A stretch of DNA of 64,000 nucleotides from a virus (lineage: Duplodnaviria > Heunggongvirae > Uroviricota > Caudoviricetes): IMG/VR virus record IMGVR_UViG_2681813233_000007. One strand, 5' to 3'. The notes beneath the pieces are model-generated. The model did not search any database. It worked only from the letters and a program-made list of their open reading frames with translations, and was not told the DNA's origin. Each line of letters begins with the position of its first letter. The first letter of the stretch is position 1. Positions 1 through 9,976 of the stretch are shown here, one piece after another. A program made the translations under genes and the position numbers.

Positions 1-239
1 GCGCCGTTTCCGTTGTGGTAATTGCGGCTATGCGCTCGTGACGAAGCCATTTTCATTCACTACGTTCTGATAAGTGACGTCGCCGGGAGTGGCTAACCTG
101 GCAGGTGGAGGCACCACCGCCACAACTCCTCTCAATTCATCATATAGCCGCTCAGGCTGTACCTCTTAATTAATACGAAGTTACGACATCACTACCGGTA
201 CTTCCGGGGGATAGTCGCGCGTGTAAAAAAGGAGACGTT

Positions 240-815
240 ATGTTAATGGCGAACGATAACGCATATGCAGAAGAAGATCTCATTTTGAGTGACTTCATAG
301 GGAAGCGGGAACGCTGGACCCAAAAGCGAGAGGAACTTTACGCCTCATTAGTTCGCAAAGGCGTCAATATCGAAACCGCACAGAGCGGCGATATGACAGT
401 GGTAAGCGTTGGATTGCACGGTGTAAGCGTGTCAGCAATCAATCATGAGCCATACGTTGCGTTATCCGAGTCAATGGTAAGGTTAGTTAAGTTCCTGAAG
501 TACACAGAAGCGAATAATGTAATCATTGGCAAAAAGAATATCCCTTTTTCCTCGGCTTTTTACTGGATGATGAAAGGGCTTGATGCCCGGCGGACATCAT
601 GGCCTAAAGGGAGCTATATATCGATGTTCCGTGGCAGCATTGGCAGCAAAGAAAAGCTCTTCGAATTCTTGCCGGAAGAGGCATTCGATATTGTGGAAGG
701 GTGCGATGTGATGGTGATGCCTCGCCTGGTAATGATGAATGGGGATTTACAGGCGCAGACAGACTGGTTTGCAACTGGTGTGGATATTATCGCGACTGAC
801 TGGGAGGCTTTCTGA
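240..815 (+). CDS. hypothetical protein with C-terminal DUF2829-like (Tad2-like) domain
   Basis: ORF track; AAGGAG RBS before ATG; C-terminal motifs FYWMMKGLDARRTSWPKG ... IIATDWEAF shared with 8462..9163 and 24787..25728. Confidence 0.55.
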   Translation: MLMANDNAYAEEDLILSDFIGKRERWTQKREELYASLVRKGVNIETAQSGDMTVVSVGLHGVSVSAINHEPYVALSESMVRLVKFLKYTEANNVIIGKKNIPFSSAFYWMMKGLDARRTSWPKGSYISMFRGSIGSKEKLFEFLPEEAFDIVEGCDVMVMPRLVMMNGDLQAQTDWFATGVDIIATDWEAF

Positions 816-1207
816 TGTACGGGACTACCAAATTAAGCACTCAACAGGCCACCAATATGGAGTGGTCTATCGCTAACTGTAAGATCGTGTCATGCAATGC
901 CACGCGTACTGATGTGGGCCATAAAAGCACTATAACAGGCTATCTAGTAATGACCACCAGGGGGATGAGGGTTAGATTTCGCTGGAAAGCAGAGCAAGTA
1001 ACGCCATTCAGAGAGCCATCAATGCCGCTGCAGGTTGAGCAGGATTATCTATGTTTACCAGAAATAGATGGAGGAATGCTGGTGGAGTCTGATGGTAGTA
1101 AGGCTGATTTTGAAGCCAATTTGAAGCTGGCACAGGCCGTAATCAATAGTTATCGCGGAAAGTGGATCGCAAAAGTGAAACATGTTGTTCGTTTGTCTCG
1201 CTGGTAG
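815..1207 (+). CDS. hypothetical protein
   Basis: ORF track; start overlaps upstream stop by 1 nt (translational coupling). Confidence 0.5.
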   Translation: MYGTTKLSTQQATNMEWSIANCKIVSCNATRTDVGHKSTITGYLVMTTRGMRVRFRWKAEQVTPFREPSMPLQVEQDYLCLPEIDGGMLVESDGSKADFEANLKLAQAVINSYRGKWIAKVKHVVRLSRW

Positions 1208-1315
1208 CGTTAGATATTTAATATTAATTTTCTAATATAATCATCTTTTTACCAGTCTATACAGTTTTAACATTCTCATTATCATCCCCTCGGTCATTTC
1301 CTGCCCGGGGGATTA

Positions 1316-1708
1316 ATGGAACAAATCAGCAGCGCAGAAATTGCGGATATCATGATCAGGGCTGACTGCTATCTGACAGTCACTGAAATTACCACTCTCG
1401 CCAAAGAAAAATACCCTCATCTCCATGTTTCACGAGTAAGTGTAACTAACATCATTCGTCATTTTGTTCGTTCAAGCAGGGCAATCTGTGAGCTGGATGA
1501 TCGTGTGTATCCACGAAAATACTGGCTACATGGTCTGAACGGATATCAGTTCAAGGTGCGCGGGCGCACGCCTGAATACGGTAGCTTACTGGTTAAAAAC
1601 TGTAGCAGGAAATCAGTCGAACAGGCGCGAAAAGAGCAACGAGAGCTGGTGGACATGGCGAATAAGCTGTGGAATGCCGCCGTTAAAAAGCGTGGTGTTG
1701 CTTTATGA
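1316..1708 (+). CDS. hypothetical protein immediately upstream of pacA
   Basis: ORF track; stop overlaps pacA start. Confidence 0.5.
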   Translation: MEQISSAEIADIMIRADCYLTVTEITTLAKEKYPHLHVSRVSVTNIIRHFVRSSRAICELDDRVYPRKYWLHGLNGYQFKVRGRTPEYGSLLVKNCSRKSVEQARKEQRELVDMANKLWNAAVKKRGVAL

Positions 1709-3069
1709 GTCTGGTTAATTGGGAGGAGCACCGCGCCCGCTTTATAGCGTTGCGTGAAGAAAAAGGGATCACTGTAAAGGAATACTGTGAGGAGCATGGC
1801 CTTAGCTTCAATACAGCCAGAAAGCATCTCAATATGAAAAAAAATGAGGTGCGGTCGCAGGTAAAGACAACAAAAAAAAGCACCAAATCACCTGAAAAAA
1901 AACGGGCGGGAAGAGCAACAAAAAAGCTGGAAGAGGGCGCAGAAAAAACAAAATTTACAGAAATTGACAATTCGCAGGGTGCAGGTTCTTTCCGAAGTAT
2001 GCCAAGAAAGAAAACTCCGGATCATGAAAGTAATACCAATAATAACAATGAGATAAAAGAATCTGTCAGGAGATCATTGCGCGAAAAAATGGCGAAAATG
2101 ATCCCCGAAGAAGATAAAAGCGCCCCAAAAATTGAGGGATCTTCAGCAATGATCCCTGGCGGTGCTGTGCAACGTGCCACATTGCCCACTACGAATGTGG
2201 CTCGCGACATGATGAAGAACGGCGCAGAAGAACACCTGCGGTTAGCAATTCAAATGGCGCAAGAGCGCGCACTTCAGTATCAAAGCATTGTTGATCAGGA
2301 GGCCGAACGTCTACAGGCGGAAATAGACGCCTTGGGCGATAAAGAGCCAGAAGGAATGCACCCTGGGCAGCGCCTTCTCGGTCTAATCAGTGACGCGGCC
2401 TACTACATGAATGATTTTATCAGTAGGTTGGCAGCTATATATCAGTCCGAACAAAAGCTGCGACAGGGGGATGAAAAGCTTCGTCAGAGCGCTCGCCAGC
2501 AAGCATTCAAAGAGGCTGAGGCCAGAGAAAAACTCGAATTAGCACGCCTACAGGCCGAACAGCGTGGCAAAGAGATTGAATATCGCATTGGCGCTGACGC
2601 ACGCGCAGCCAGAGTTATCGCCGCCGCTATACGTATGCGTGAGCGCGAGGAACTGGATGATATCGGTGTTGCTGAATACATCGAGCGCCAGGGGGTCAGC
2701 GTCCCGGCTATCCTCGCGGCGCGCGCGGCGAAAGCTATCACTCTTCTCGAACCACCTGTTTCTGACGTCAATGATGTTGATGATGAACAGCTGGACAAAG
2801 AGGCAAGGGAGTTTGCGACGCTTCAGGCTAACCATCCGCAATGGCTGGCAGAGCGCCGGGCGGATGTGGCAACCATTGTTGAAGAATTGGGGTGCGGAGA
2901 TTACGACCGCAATGGCGAGCGTAAAGCTGGAGAATTCGAGGCCAACGACGAAGAGCTGGATATTGACCCTTCGGCAACGGCTGAAATTTACGGTGATTAT
3001 GATGCATCTGATGCAGGGTATGACGCCGGAGATGATGATATCGCGATAGAACCGCCGGAGGATGATTAA
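1705..3069 (+). CDS. pacA: terminase small subunit PacA-like
   Basis: Position directly upstream of and overlapping the large terminase; N-terminal HTH-like region, long acidic C-terminal tail; internal GATC hexamer cluster typical of a P1-type pac site. Confidence 0.8.
   Translation: MSLVNWEEHRARFIALREEKGITVKEYCEEHGLSFNTARKHLNMKKNEVRSQVKTTKKSTKSPEKKRAGRATKKLEEGAEKTKFTEIDNSQGAGSFRSMPRKKTPDHESNTNNNNEIKESVRRSLREKMAKMIPEEDKSAPKIEGSSAMIPGGAVQRATLPTTNVARDMMKNGAEEHLRLAIQMAQERALQYQSIVDQEAERLQAEIDALGDKEPEGMHPGQRLLGLISDAAYYMNDFISRLAAIYQSEQKLRQGDEKLRQSARQQAFKEAEAREKLELARLQAEQRGKEIEYRIGADARAARVIAAAIRMREREELDDIGVAEYIERQGVSVPAILAARAAKAITLLEPPVSDVNDVDDEQLDKEAREFATLQANHPQWLAERRADVATIVEELGCGDYDRNGERKAGEFEANDEELDIDPSATAEIYGDYDASDAGYDAGDDDIAIEPPEDD
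2019..2155. other. candidate pac (packaging initiation) site: cluster of five GATC-containing hexamers inside pacA
   Basis: GGATCA 2019, AGATCA 2071, TGATCC 2099, GGATCT 2137, TGATCC 2150, plus TGATCA 2291; resembles the Dam-methylatable hexamer repeats of the P1 pac site. Confidence 0.4.
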
Positions 3070-4577
3070 TGGCTGGAGGGCGCAAGATTAAATGCGTCAC
3101 CAGCGATCCACGCTGGCGCGATATGGTAATCAAATACCGCTACAACTTTACCCAGGCTGTTGTCGATATTTTTGGGATGTTCCCCTCCCACCAGCAGCAG
3201 CAGATCATTCAGTCCGTGCAGGAAACGGGGAGTAGGACGACCGTCACGTCCGGACACGGAACGGGGAAGTCGTCCCTTACCGCGATGTTGCTGTTGATTT
3301 TCATGATCCTGTTCCCCGATGCCCGTGTCATCATTGTTGCTAACAAGATAGGCCAGGTAAAAACAGGCGTATTCAAATACGTTAAACAGTATTGGGCGAA
3401 TGCAGTTAAGCGTCATGGGTGGTTGCAGACCTATTTTGTCCTCTCTGACACCATGTTTTATGAGCGCTCCCGTAAGGGGATTTGGGAAGTTCTCTGCAAA
3501 GGTTATCGACTCGGCAACGAAGAAGCGCTGGCGGGGGAACACGCGGCACATTTGCTTCTAATTCTGGATGAAGCATCTGGTATATCTGATAAGGCGATCG
3601 GCGTAATGACCGGTGCTCTTACTGAAGAAGATAACCGGATGTTGATGCTATCCCAGCCAACAAGGCCAAGTGGTTATTTTTACGATTCGCACCATTCTCA
3701 AGCAAAAACCCCAGACAACCCGAAAGGGATCTGGACAGCAATTGTTCTTAACTCGGAAGAATCACCGTTCGTCACACCACAATTCATCAAGCAGAAGCTT
3801 CTGGAATATGGGGGGCGCGATTCTATTGAGTACATGGTCAAGGTGCTTGGTCAGTTCCCACGAGAAATTAACGGCTATTTGCTTGGTCGTGATGAATGCG
3901 ATCGCGCTGCTCGCCGCAAGGTGCTGTTGGAGAAAAACTGGGGATGGGTGGCAACGGCTGACGTTGGTAATGGGCGAGATAAGTCGGTCCTCAACATCTG
4001 CAAGGTATCTGGTCACAGGGATAAGCGGCGCGTTGTTAACTTTAAGGTAATGGAGATGCCTGGCACTATGGACCCATTGGCCTTTGCTGACTTCATATAT
4101 AACGAATGTACGCCGGAAAAATACCCGAATATAACAATCGCGGTTGATGCTGATGGTTTTGGTTCTGATACGTGTGCGCAGTTGGTGCGTCGTGGTGCGA
4201 ACCCGGTACGTATTCGGTGGGGAAAACCCATGTTTGCGAACAAAGACAGGGAGCGATTTGTTAATCAGCGTGCCTACGCAAATATTATGGCGCGAGATGC
4301 CATAAAGTCAGGGCGTATGCGGATAGACAGTGACCCTAAAACGGCAGAGCAAGCGTCAAAAATCCCCTTTTTACTGAATGAAGAAGGGAAAATGGCGATG
4401 ATGCGCAAAGAGCACATGCGGCAAAAGCTAAACATCAAATCGCCTGACCGATGGGATACCTACTGCTTCACTATGCTGGTGGACTATGTGCCTGCTAATG
4501 AAGATATTGGTGCCGAAATGGCAACTTTCCGAGATCAGGTTCTGGCGGATATCGAAATGCCGGATCTGGATATATAA
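3069..4577 (+). CDS. pacB: terminase large subunit PacB-like
   Basis: Walker A SGHGTGKS, Walker B LLLILDEA, C-terminal nuclease-like region; coupled to pacA. Confidence 0.9.
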   Translation: MAGGRKIKCVTSDPRWRDMVIKYRYNFTQAVVDIFGMFPSHQQQQIIQSVQETGSRTTVTSGHGTGKSSLTAMLLLIFMILFPDARVIIVANKIGQVKTGVFKYVKQYWANAVKRHGWLQTYFVLSDTMFYERSRKGIWEVLCKGYRLGNEEALAGEHAAHLLLILDEASGISDKAIGVMTGALTEEDNRMLMLSQPTRPSGYFYDSHHSQAKTPDNPKGIWTAIVLNSEESPFVTPQFIKQKLLEYGGRDSIEYMVKVLGQFPREINGYLLGRDECDRAARRKVLLEKNWGWVATADVGNGRDKSVLNICKVSGHRDKRRVVNFKVMEMPGTMDPLAFADFIYNECTPEKYPNITIAVDADGFGSDTCAQLVRRGANPVRIRWGKPMFANKDRERFVNQRAYANIMARDAIKSGRMRIDSDPKTAEQASKIPFLLNEEGKMAMMRKEHMRQKLNIKSPDRWDTYCFTMLVDYVPANEDIGAEMATFRDQVLADIEMPDLDI

Positions 4578-4604
4578 AGCCCCGCGATGCGGGGCCGGTT
4601 GTGA

Positions 4605-5642
4605 TTACCAGAGCTTCGCGGCGTACTGCGTTTGGGGGAATGTGTATCCGTAACGTTCTTCGATTGCTTTGCCGTATTTTTTACGAGCTTCATTCAGTTT
4701 AATGCCGGTCAGGTCGTCTCCAGAGGCCATCATTACGTCTAACAATTCCAGATCCATTTTATCCAGCCTTGCCATTGCTTCACGTGATGTACGTATCTTA
4801 CGTTCAATGATATGGCGAATAGCCGGATCGGCATCCTCCAGCATCTTAGCGGATTTCTGCTTAAGGCTTTCATTGCGAATATCGATGTTCCTTAAGATGT
4901 ACGACTTCGCAACGTAGCTTGGCTGGTGTTTTTCCAGGTCACGAACACGATATAAGTTAAAATCGCCGAGAAGGCTGCAAGGTACCGATTCGACGCCAGA
5001 ATAAATTGTAATGCTCCGGCGTTCACCAACATTATTGACAACGGGGATCGTTGTCTTCGGTAGTCTTGCGAAAACCAATGCGCCATGTGCGCCAACTCTA
5101 AAGCGAGAAAGGGCATTGCTGCCTTCGATGTTTGTTGTCAGCACAACATCTGTATATGCCTCTTTACGCGCCCGGTAGATCTCGCCTTCAGGCTCAGCTT
5201 CAAAGAAGCGCTGTTCTTCTTCAAGAGCACCTACGATTTGAGAAAAAACCCTATTTTTCAGGCTTTTCTTTATGATTTTGTCGTATTTTTTTAGCAATTG
5301 TTCACGTGTAAATGTACGTGTTGTTGTAGCGCTTTGCACAACGACATGCGTGCTTTGATTGGTGTCCTCAATGATGAATGGGATCGGAGAATATACAGAC
5401 TCAACAATGTTCGACGCTTTGCCGTCGGCATCGCGGCACATGTCAACGAAGGCTTTCCATTCAGCAAGACATTTTTCAGCTTCTTCTAATATGTTTTGGT
5501 CATGCGTTAATGCAACATGGCGGAATTCCTCGCCAGCATAACTGGTATCATGGAAAACAGAGTTTGCGACCACCAGCTCTTTCCACCGTTCAGCGGTTTG
5601 CAGGAACCGTTTGTACTCTTTCTCGATCGACTTCTTACTCAT
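4605..5642 (-). CDS. hypothetical protein in the c1 position (candidate immunity repressor)
   Basis: Divergent from the recombinase gene, between pacB and the rox site as c1 is in P1; operator-like box TTTTCTAACA 20 bp upstream of its start; no sequence-level confirmation. Confidence 0.4.
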   Translation of the reverse strand: MSKKSIEKEYKRFLQTAERWKELVVANSVFHDTSYAGEEFRHVALTHDQNILEEAEKCLAEWKAFVDMCRDADGKASNIVESVYSPIPFIIEDTNQSTHVVVQSATTTRTFTREQLLKKYDKIIKKSLKNRVFSQIVGALEEEQRFFEAEPEGEIYRARKEAYTDVVLTTNIEGSNALSRFRVGAHGALVFARLPKTTIPVVNNVGERRSITIYSGVESVPCSLLGDFNLYRVRDLEKHQPSYVAKSYILRNIDIRNESLKQKSAKMLEDADPAIRHIIERKIRTSREAMARLDKMDLELLDVMMASGDDLTGIKLNEARKKYGKAIEERYGYTFPQTQYAAKLW

Positions 5643-5852
5643 TATTCCTACTCGATTTAGTTTTCTAACATAAAATTACTATGACAAATTTATGTCGAAT
5701 AACAGAGTGAGTAAAGGATCGAACTGTGATTTTTTGTCATCAATTTTAGAAAACCAACCGTAGAAACCACACTTCGCAAATTAAAGACCATGAAGGCAAC
5801 GTGTTACTGGTCATCATCAATCTATGATGGATTTAAAAAAATCGGCATTTTA

Positions 5853-5884
5853 TAACTTTAAATAATTGGCATTATTTAAAGTTA
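5853..5884. other. rox-type recombination target site (14-bp inverted repeats, 4-bp spacer)
   Basis: TAACTTTAAATAAT-TGGC-ATTATTTAAAGTTA; perfect 14-bp inverted repeats; reverse complement equals the rox sequence as I recall it; lies about 150 bp upstream of the recombinase gene. Confidence 0.85.
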
Positions 5885-6036
5885 GGCTATAATCATGTGT
5901 AGATGAACAGTGTTGACATCACTGAAAATACGTGCCTCGAATCAAAGGCTTGTATTTTGAAAATTAACTTATAGCTACCCTGTCATTTTTATATTTTTCG
6001 CGTAGCGTCATCTGTATATAGAGGTGTAATAGTTTC

Positions 6037-7065
6037 ATGAGTGAATTAATTATCTCTGGCAGTTCCGGTGGTTTTCTGCGCAACATTGGCAAAGAGTACC
6101 AGGAAGCCGCAGAAAACTTTATGCGGTTCATGAATGACCAGGGGGCTTATGCGCCGAATACTCTGCGCGACCTCCGGTTGGTGTTTCATTCCTGGGCGCG
6201 CTGGTGTCACGCTCGCCAGCTTGCCTGGTTTCCGATCTCACCAGAAATGGCCCGCGAGTATTTTCTTCAGCTGCATGATGCCGATCTGGCTTCGACCACC
6301 ATTGATAAGCACTACGCCATGCTGAACATGCTGCTTTCGCATTGTGGCCTTCCGCCACTTTCGGATGATAAAAGTGTTTCTCTGGCTATGCGGCGCATCC
6401 GGCGCGAAGCGGCAACTGAAAAAGGCGAACGAACAGGCCAGGCTATACCGCTTCGGTGGGACGATCTGAAACTGCTCGACGTCCTGTTGTCCAGGTCAGA
6501 ACGGCTGGTGGACCTGCGCAACCTGGCTTTTCTCTTTGTTGCATACAATACGCTGATGCGTATGTCGGAAATATCGCGTATTCGTGTAGGTGATCTGGAC
6601 CAAACAGGTGACACTGTCACGCTACATATTTCACACACGAAGACAATAACGACCGCCGCCGGGCTTGATAAGGTGCTTTCCCGTCGCACTACCGCTGTGC
6701 TGAATGACTGGCTGGATGTTTCCGGGCTTCGCGAGCATCCTGACGCTGTGCTGTTCCCGCCGATACACCGTAGCAATAAGGCCAGGATCACGATAACGCC
6801 CCTTACTGCACCTGCAATGGAGAAAATATTCAGCGACGCCTGGGTGTTGCTGAATAAAAGAGATGCTACGCCAAACAAAGGAAGATACCGGACGTGGACC
6901 GGGCATAGTGCACGCGTCGGGGCCGCTATTGATATGGCTGAAAAGCAGGTGTCTATGGTGGAGATCATGCAGGAAGGAACCTGGAAGAAACCGGAAACAC
7001 TTATGCGGTATCTTCGCCGTGGCGGCGTGTCTGTGGGGGCTAATAGCCGCCTGATGGATTTGTAA
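6037..7065 (+). CDS. dre: Cre-family tyrosine recombinase (Dre-like)
   Basis: 342 aa; alignable to Cre along its length (e.g. NLAFL..AYNTL.R..EI.RIRV.D, W.GHSARVGAA.DMA, EIMQ.G.W); adjacent rox site. Confidence 0.9.
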   Translation: MSELIISGSSGGFLRNIGKEYQEAAENFMRFMNDQGAYAPNTLRDLRLVFHSWARWCHARQLAWFPISPEMAREYFLQLHDADLASTTIDKHYAMLNMLLSHCGLPPLSDDKSVSLAMRRIRREAATEKGERTGQAIPLRWDDLKLLDVLLSRSERLVDLRNLAFLFVAYNTLMRMSEISRIRVGDLDQTGDTVTLHISHTKTITTAAGLDKVLSRRTTAVLNDWLDVSGLREHPDAVLFPPIHRSNKARITITPLTAPAMEKIFSDAWVLLNKRDATPNKGRYRTWTGHSARVGAAIDMAEKQVSMVEIMQEGTWKKPETLMRYLRRGGVSVGANSRLMDL

Positions 7066-7138
7066 ATTAAATTTCTAACACATCTTTTTAGATTAACATC
7101 TTTGCTGTAAAGTACCCTCGCCTATTTAGGAGGGTGCT

Positions 7139-7483
7139 TTGCAGAGTCAAATCACGGAATCAAGACGCTTCAAGGTGGATGGTTACACCGTAACCTTCGC
7201 CGCTGGTGTTAAGAACAGTCATGCTGTCGTTGTGTTCGGCATCATGACCGGGCTTGAGGCCGTCCCTGTGTTTACCCTCGAAAAAAACTGGCGAAATCTG
7301 GAGGAAGCAGAAAGCTACGTCCGGAAAGTAACCATCATTGCCGCCGAAAAACTCCTGGCCCACTATCAGGAAAATTATCGCACTATGGTCGAGAAGATTA
7401 ATCTCGCTTTCACTCGCCCCACTACCGGCTTTATTGCACCGGATACTAATGCAGGTCGATATCCTGCAAGGGGGCGTCGGTGA
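7139..7483 (+). CDS. hypothetical protein
   Basis: ORF track; operator-like box ATTTCTAACA at 7080-7089 upstream. Confidence 0.5.
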   Translation: MQSQITESRRFKVDGYTVTFAAGVKNSHAVVVFGIMTGLEAVPVFTLEKNWRNLEEAESYVRKVTIIAAEKLLAHYQENYRTMVEKINLAFTRPTTGFIAPDTNAGRYPARGRR

Positions 7484-7956
7484 AAACTTATTACCCATCT
7501 CTGAATTGTTACCCGTCTTCCTATCCAGAATTATCCGGGAAGCTGTTAGCTCTATTAGCTAAAGCACCTACGGAATGGTTTAAGCCAGTCGTTATCAATC
7601 CACACTTCCTGGATTACGGAACTGTTCGCACTCGTAACGAACTCAAAAACCTACTGGCGCATGGATTCATTCGACACCGTGCCGGGAAAGGCTATCAGTT
7701 AGCGATTGCGCCAGAAGAGGCCGTGCGGCTATTCGCATATCGTGACAGCCAGACAAAAGCTCGGGTAATAGCTCAAATACTTCATAACGGCAGCACCTAT
7801 GCCCGCCAGTTTGGCGGCGACACGTCGCAGTTCTTGCGGGCGGTGCGATCGCTGGAGGAGCAAGGAGTTATTGAAAGTTCCTGTCTTCCTGTTCCTACCG
7901 TTCCACATATCAAACGTCGGGTTTACACCTTCACGCAGAGAGCTAAAAAACAATGA
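7480..7956 (+). CDS. hypothetical protein
   Basis: ORF track; overlapping stop/start with flanking genes. Confidence 0.5.
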   Translation: MKTYYPSLNCYPSSYPELSGKLLALLAKAPTEWFKPVVINPHFLDYGTVRTRNELKNLLAHGFIRHRAGKGYQLAIAPEEAVRLFAYRDSQTKARVIAQILHNGSTYARQFGGDTSQFLRAVRSLEEQGVIESSCLPVPTVPHIKRRVYTFTQRAKKQ

Positions 7957-8447
7957 TTTACGTAAAAGTGAAACGCCTACATCCGGCAGCAAAACTTCCA
8001 GCTTATGCCACCTCCGGATCGGCGGCGATGGATTTTGAGGCTGTTGAAATAAAACCATGCGTCGATAGCAATGGTGCAATTTCCTCAAGCTGGTGGGTGT
8101 ACACCGGACTGGCTATGGAGATCCCGCCCGGCTGGTGTCTGAAACTCTATCCGCGCTCCGGATTGGGCTGCAAAAAACATACTCGCCTGGCTAACTGCGT
8201 AGGAATTATCGACTCCGATTATCGCGGTGAAATCATGGCAAAACTGATTACTGATCCCGGCGGGGAAGGCGTTTGTCTCAAGCCTGGAATGGCTGTCATG
8301 CAAGGCATTTTTGAGCGTGTTGAACAAGTCTCACTAGTCGAGGTTGAGGAACTCAACGAAACGGAACGTGGTGCTGGTGGCTTTGGTAGCACATCGGAAG
8401 ACCACTTTGAAATCAAGCGCACACCGCTTCAGTACGCAAAGTTTTAA
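7953..8447 (+). CDS. dut: dUTPase (trimeric dUTP pyrophosphatase)
   Basis: Motifs PRSGLG, GIIDSDYRGEI, RGAGGFGSTS. Confidence 0.85.
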   Translation: MIYVKVKRLHPAAKLPAYATSGSAAMDFEAVEIKPCVDSNGAISSSWWVYTGLAMEIPPGWCLKLYPRSGLGCKKHTRLANCVGIIDSDYRGEIMAKLITDPGGEGVCLKPGMAVMQGIFERVEQVSLVEVEELNETERGAGGFGSTSEDHFEIKRTPLQYAKF

Positions 8448-8461
8448 GCAGAGGAAAGGCT

Positions 8462-9163
8462 ATGAATTACATGACAACGAAAGAGCTTTTTAAGTTCCTT
8501 CCCAAATACAAAGCTCACAAAAACGTTAGTGCATCGAAAATCAAAAATGTTGTTATTTTCGGAGTAACTGCTTCCCCACTTTGGGGCTGCATCGAACTCG
8601 TTGAACCAAAAGGGGCAACAGTTTGTGTTGACGCAATTTTTTTACAAAAACACCGACCAAAAACTGGCGGGTATCTGATCGTTTATGAAAACGGTTATCT
8701 GTTCTATGCCCCGGAGAAACCATTTGAGCAATGCTATGGCCTGGTTAACGACGCCTCCGAAAATGGGGTATCGCTCAGCATTGAAGGTCACAATGGGGTG
8801 ACATTCATTACAGCCAGGGACGTAACTATTTCTGCTGGCGGTATCGCTACTCTACAAGAAGAAATCGACCTTGAAGCAGCCGACTTTTCTGACGCGCTGA
8901 TGTGGCTGAAGGATGGCAAGAAAGTTGCTCGACGCGGGTGGAACGGCGAAAACCAATTCTGCTGGCTGGTTCCTGACAAACAGGGTGCTTCAAGACTAAC
9001 CCCTATAAAACATGCCGCAAACGGAGAGCTTGAAATCAATTTCGACTCTCCTCTTGCTCCTTATGGTGCGCATTTCGTTTTGAAAAATGCACAAGGTGTA
9101 GTTGTTCCATGGATGCCTTCTGTAGGTGACCTGCTGGCATGTGACTGGTTTGTAGTGGAGTGA
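8462..9163 (+). CDS. protein with C-terminal DUF2829-like (Tad2-like) domain
   Basis: C-terminal ALMWLKDGKKVARRGWNG ... DLLACDWFVVE; N-terminal ~140 aa of unknown function. Confidence 0.55.
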   Translation: MNYMTTKELFKFLPKYKAHKNVSASKIKNVVIFGVTASPLWGCIELVEPKGATVCVDAIFLQKHRPKTGGYLIVYENGYLFYAPEKPFEQCYGLVNDASENGVSLSIEGHNGVTFITARDVTISAGGIATLQEEIDLEAADFSDALMWLKDGKKVARRGWNGENQFCWLVPDKQGASRLTPIKHAANGELEINFDSPLAPYGAHFVLKNAQGVVVPWMPSVGDLLACDWFVVE

Positions 9164-9169
9164 TTTAAC

Positions 9170-9976
9170 GTGGAAAATACTAAAGCAATTCAATACCGCT
9201 TGCGTAATGGCCTGCTGGTGGCTGTTAACGCCGACATGTCACTGCCGTTTGACACGATTGAACGCACCATAATGACGTATCTCGGCTTTAATGAAGAACT
9301 GAATGAAGAGCATGGCGTAGCTATATGGAGTGATGCAGACAGCGGCGTTCGTCGTTACATCACCGCCAGGGGCAAAGACTACTCTCTGGAAGAACTGTTT
9401 GCCCTTGCGCAGTCTTTCGAATGTGTAGCATTAGACCTGTTTAATGATCCTGCTATAGCGCAACGACTTATACGCGAGCTTGGGCTATCCGTTACACCAA
9501 TTATCTTTAAAAATGGCAGCCTGACTGGCACATGGCGCGTAGAACGCATATCAAACTACCTTCCATATAACCGACAGTTAAATGGAGTAATCTCCGGCGT
9601 TAATCAGCCCGTAGCATGTGAAAATGTAAACCTGGTTGTCGCTGTTTTGGCAACCGCATGTCGTGTTATCGGTTTGGCTAAACAGGCATTTATTCATTTC
9701 CCAAATGGTGCAGAAGGTAGCGCAGAGATTATCGCGTGTGATTTCGAATTTACCTGGATGCTACGCGAATATCTGGACCAAACAGTATTCCGTGCCGAAG
9801 AACTGGATATGTATATCACGTCAACGATTCCAGACGATGTGCGAGCTGAAGCAATCGCTACAGCCAGGGCGAAATGCCGTGCGGCGATTGCAGAACAGGC
9901 CAAAGAAGAACAGTCCGATGAAGTCGCGGCAGATGTGGAGGCAGAGGTAGCGGAGGATGCTGATGCTGACGCCTAA
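9170..9976 (+). CDS. hypothetical protein with acidic C-terminal tail, coupled to terminase-like paralogue
   Basis: ORF track; C-terminus EEQSDEVAADVEAEVAEDADADA; 20-nt overlap with next gene. Confidence 0.5.
   Translation: MENTKAIQYRLRNGLLVAVNADMSLPFDTIERTIMTYLGFNEELNEEHGVAIWSDADSGVRRYITARGKDYSLEELFALAQSFECVALDLFNDPAIAQRLIRELGLSVTPIIFKNGSLTGTWRVERISNYLPYNRQLNGVISGVNQPVACENVNLVVAVLATACRVIGLAKQAFIHFPNGAEGSAEIIACDFEFTWMLREYLDQTVFRAEELDMYITSTIPDDVRAEAIATARAKCRAAIAEQAKEEQSDEVAADVEAEVAEDADADA

Noticed and set aside
2564-3049. 161-aa alternate-frame ORF inside pacA
   Set aside because: Out-of-frame overlap with a supported gene; no start-site signals.
4605-5642. Calling the 345-aa protein a confirmed C1 repressor
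   Set aside because: Only positional and operator-proximity evidence; I could not align it convincingly from memory, so it is left as a candidate.
6312-6968. 218-aa minus-strand ORF
   Set aside because: Lies entirely antisense within the recombinase gene.
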